From Malacoraja senta (Eukaryota), in NCBI GenBank assembly GCA_038087875.1, contig CM075987.1:28026001-28090000 (forward strand): a stretch of 64,000 nucleotides of DNA. The letters run 5' to 3'. This document shows, piece after piece, positions 63,560 to 64,000 of this stretch (within the stretch, counting starts at the first letter, position 1; every line of letters starts with the position of its first letter). Position numbers and translations under genes: made by a program. Below the pieces are notes generated by a model. It did not search any database and was not told where the DNA came from. It saw nothing but the letters and a program-made list of their open reading frames with translations.

Positions 63560-63900
63560 ATTGGTTTATTATTGTCACGTCTATCAAGATAGTGAAAACT
63601 TTTGTTTTCTTGCTATCCAGTCATATCATACCATACACGAGTACAATCAGACGATATGCAAGTACAACTGATAGTGCAAAGGGAAAAATACCAGAGTATA
63701 ATGTTATAGCATTATAGCGTTACAGTTACAGAGAAAGTGCAGAAAAAAGTGAAAGGTCCTTGATGAGGTAGGTTGGAAGATTGGGTCTACATCCTAGATC
63801 CTAGATTATGGGAGGACTATTCAGTAGTCCGATAACAGCGGGAAAGGAGCTGTTCTAGATTCTGGTGGTATGTGTTTTCAAGCTTTTGTATTATCTGCCT
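63560..63900 (-). mobile_element. Rex1/Babar 3' end
   Basis: tttattattgtcacgt...gctatccagtca resembles 13597-13660. Confidence 0.65.
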
Positions 63901-64000
63901 GGCCCCATAGCAGAAGCGTCCACGTCGCGGGGCTGGAAACTGGAAGTATCCCGAGCTAATTCTGCTACCACCATGTATTGCAACAAGTAATGGCTCCCAC

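Overview
Eukaryotic, intron-rich and repeat-dense vertebrate DNA. The repeat set (CR1/HER1-type LINEs, tRNA-derived HE1-like SINEs, Penelope-derived short repeats) suggests a cartilaginous fish such as a skate or ray; this is an inference. Most short ORFs in the supplied track are retroelement debris or antisense noise. Reading splice signals and exon phases by hand recovers two host genes that the ORF track only partly shows. (1) Minus strand: three phase-compatible exons (6162-6319, 3407-3519, 1659-1774/1783) encode one complete, non-canonical C-type lectin domain (no EPN/QPD or WND). It is bounded by phase-1 introns, so it belongs to a larger protein that continues off the left edge. (2) Plus strand: a putative six-exon gene (20563-59911) encodes a ~171-aa type I membrane protein with a signal peptide, Ser/Thr-rich mucin-like ectodomain, CxC stalk, transmembrane helix and short tail. 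I cannot name it. The rest is a nested transposon record: a 5'-inverted (twin-primed) L1 inside an L1 inside a CR1, a DNA transposon nested in a relative of itself with 7- or 9-bp TSDs, and a decayed near-complete DIRS element with ITR/ICR. Also present are a young CR1 with open ORF2, Rex1/Babar, L2, RTE and Vingi-like fragments, Harbinger-type MITEs, a solo LTR, an ERV-like remnant, and several Penelope-type minimal hammerhead-ribozyme motifs. I see no prokaryote-type systems such as CRISPR or operons. Family assignments come from motif recognition, not database searches, and boundaries of degraded repeats are approximate.
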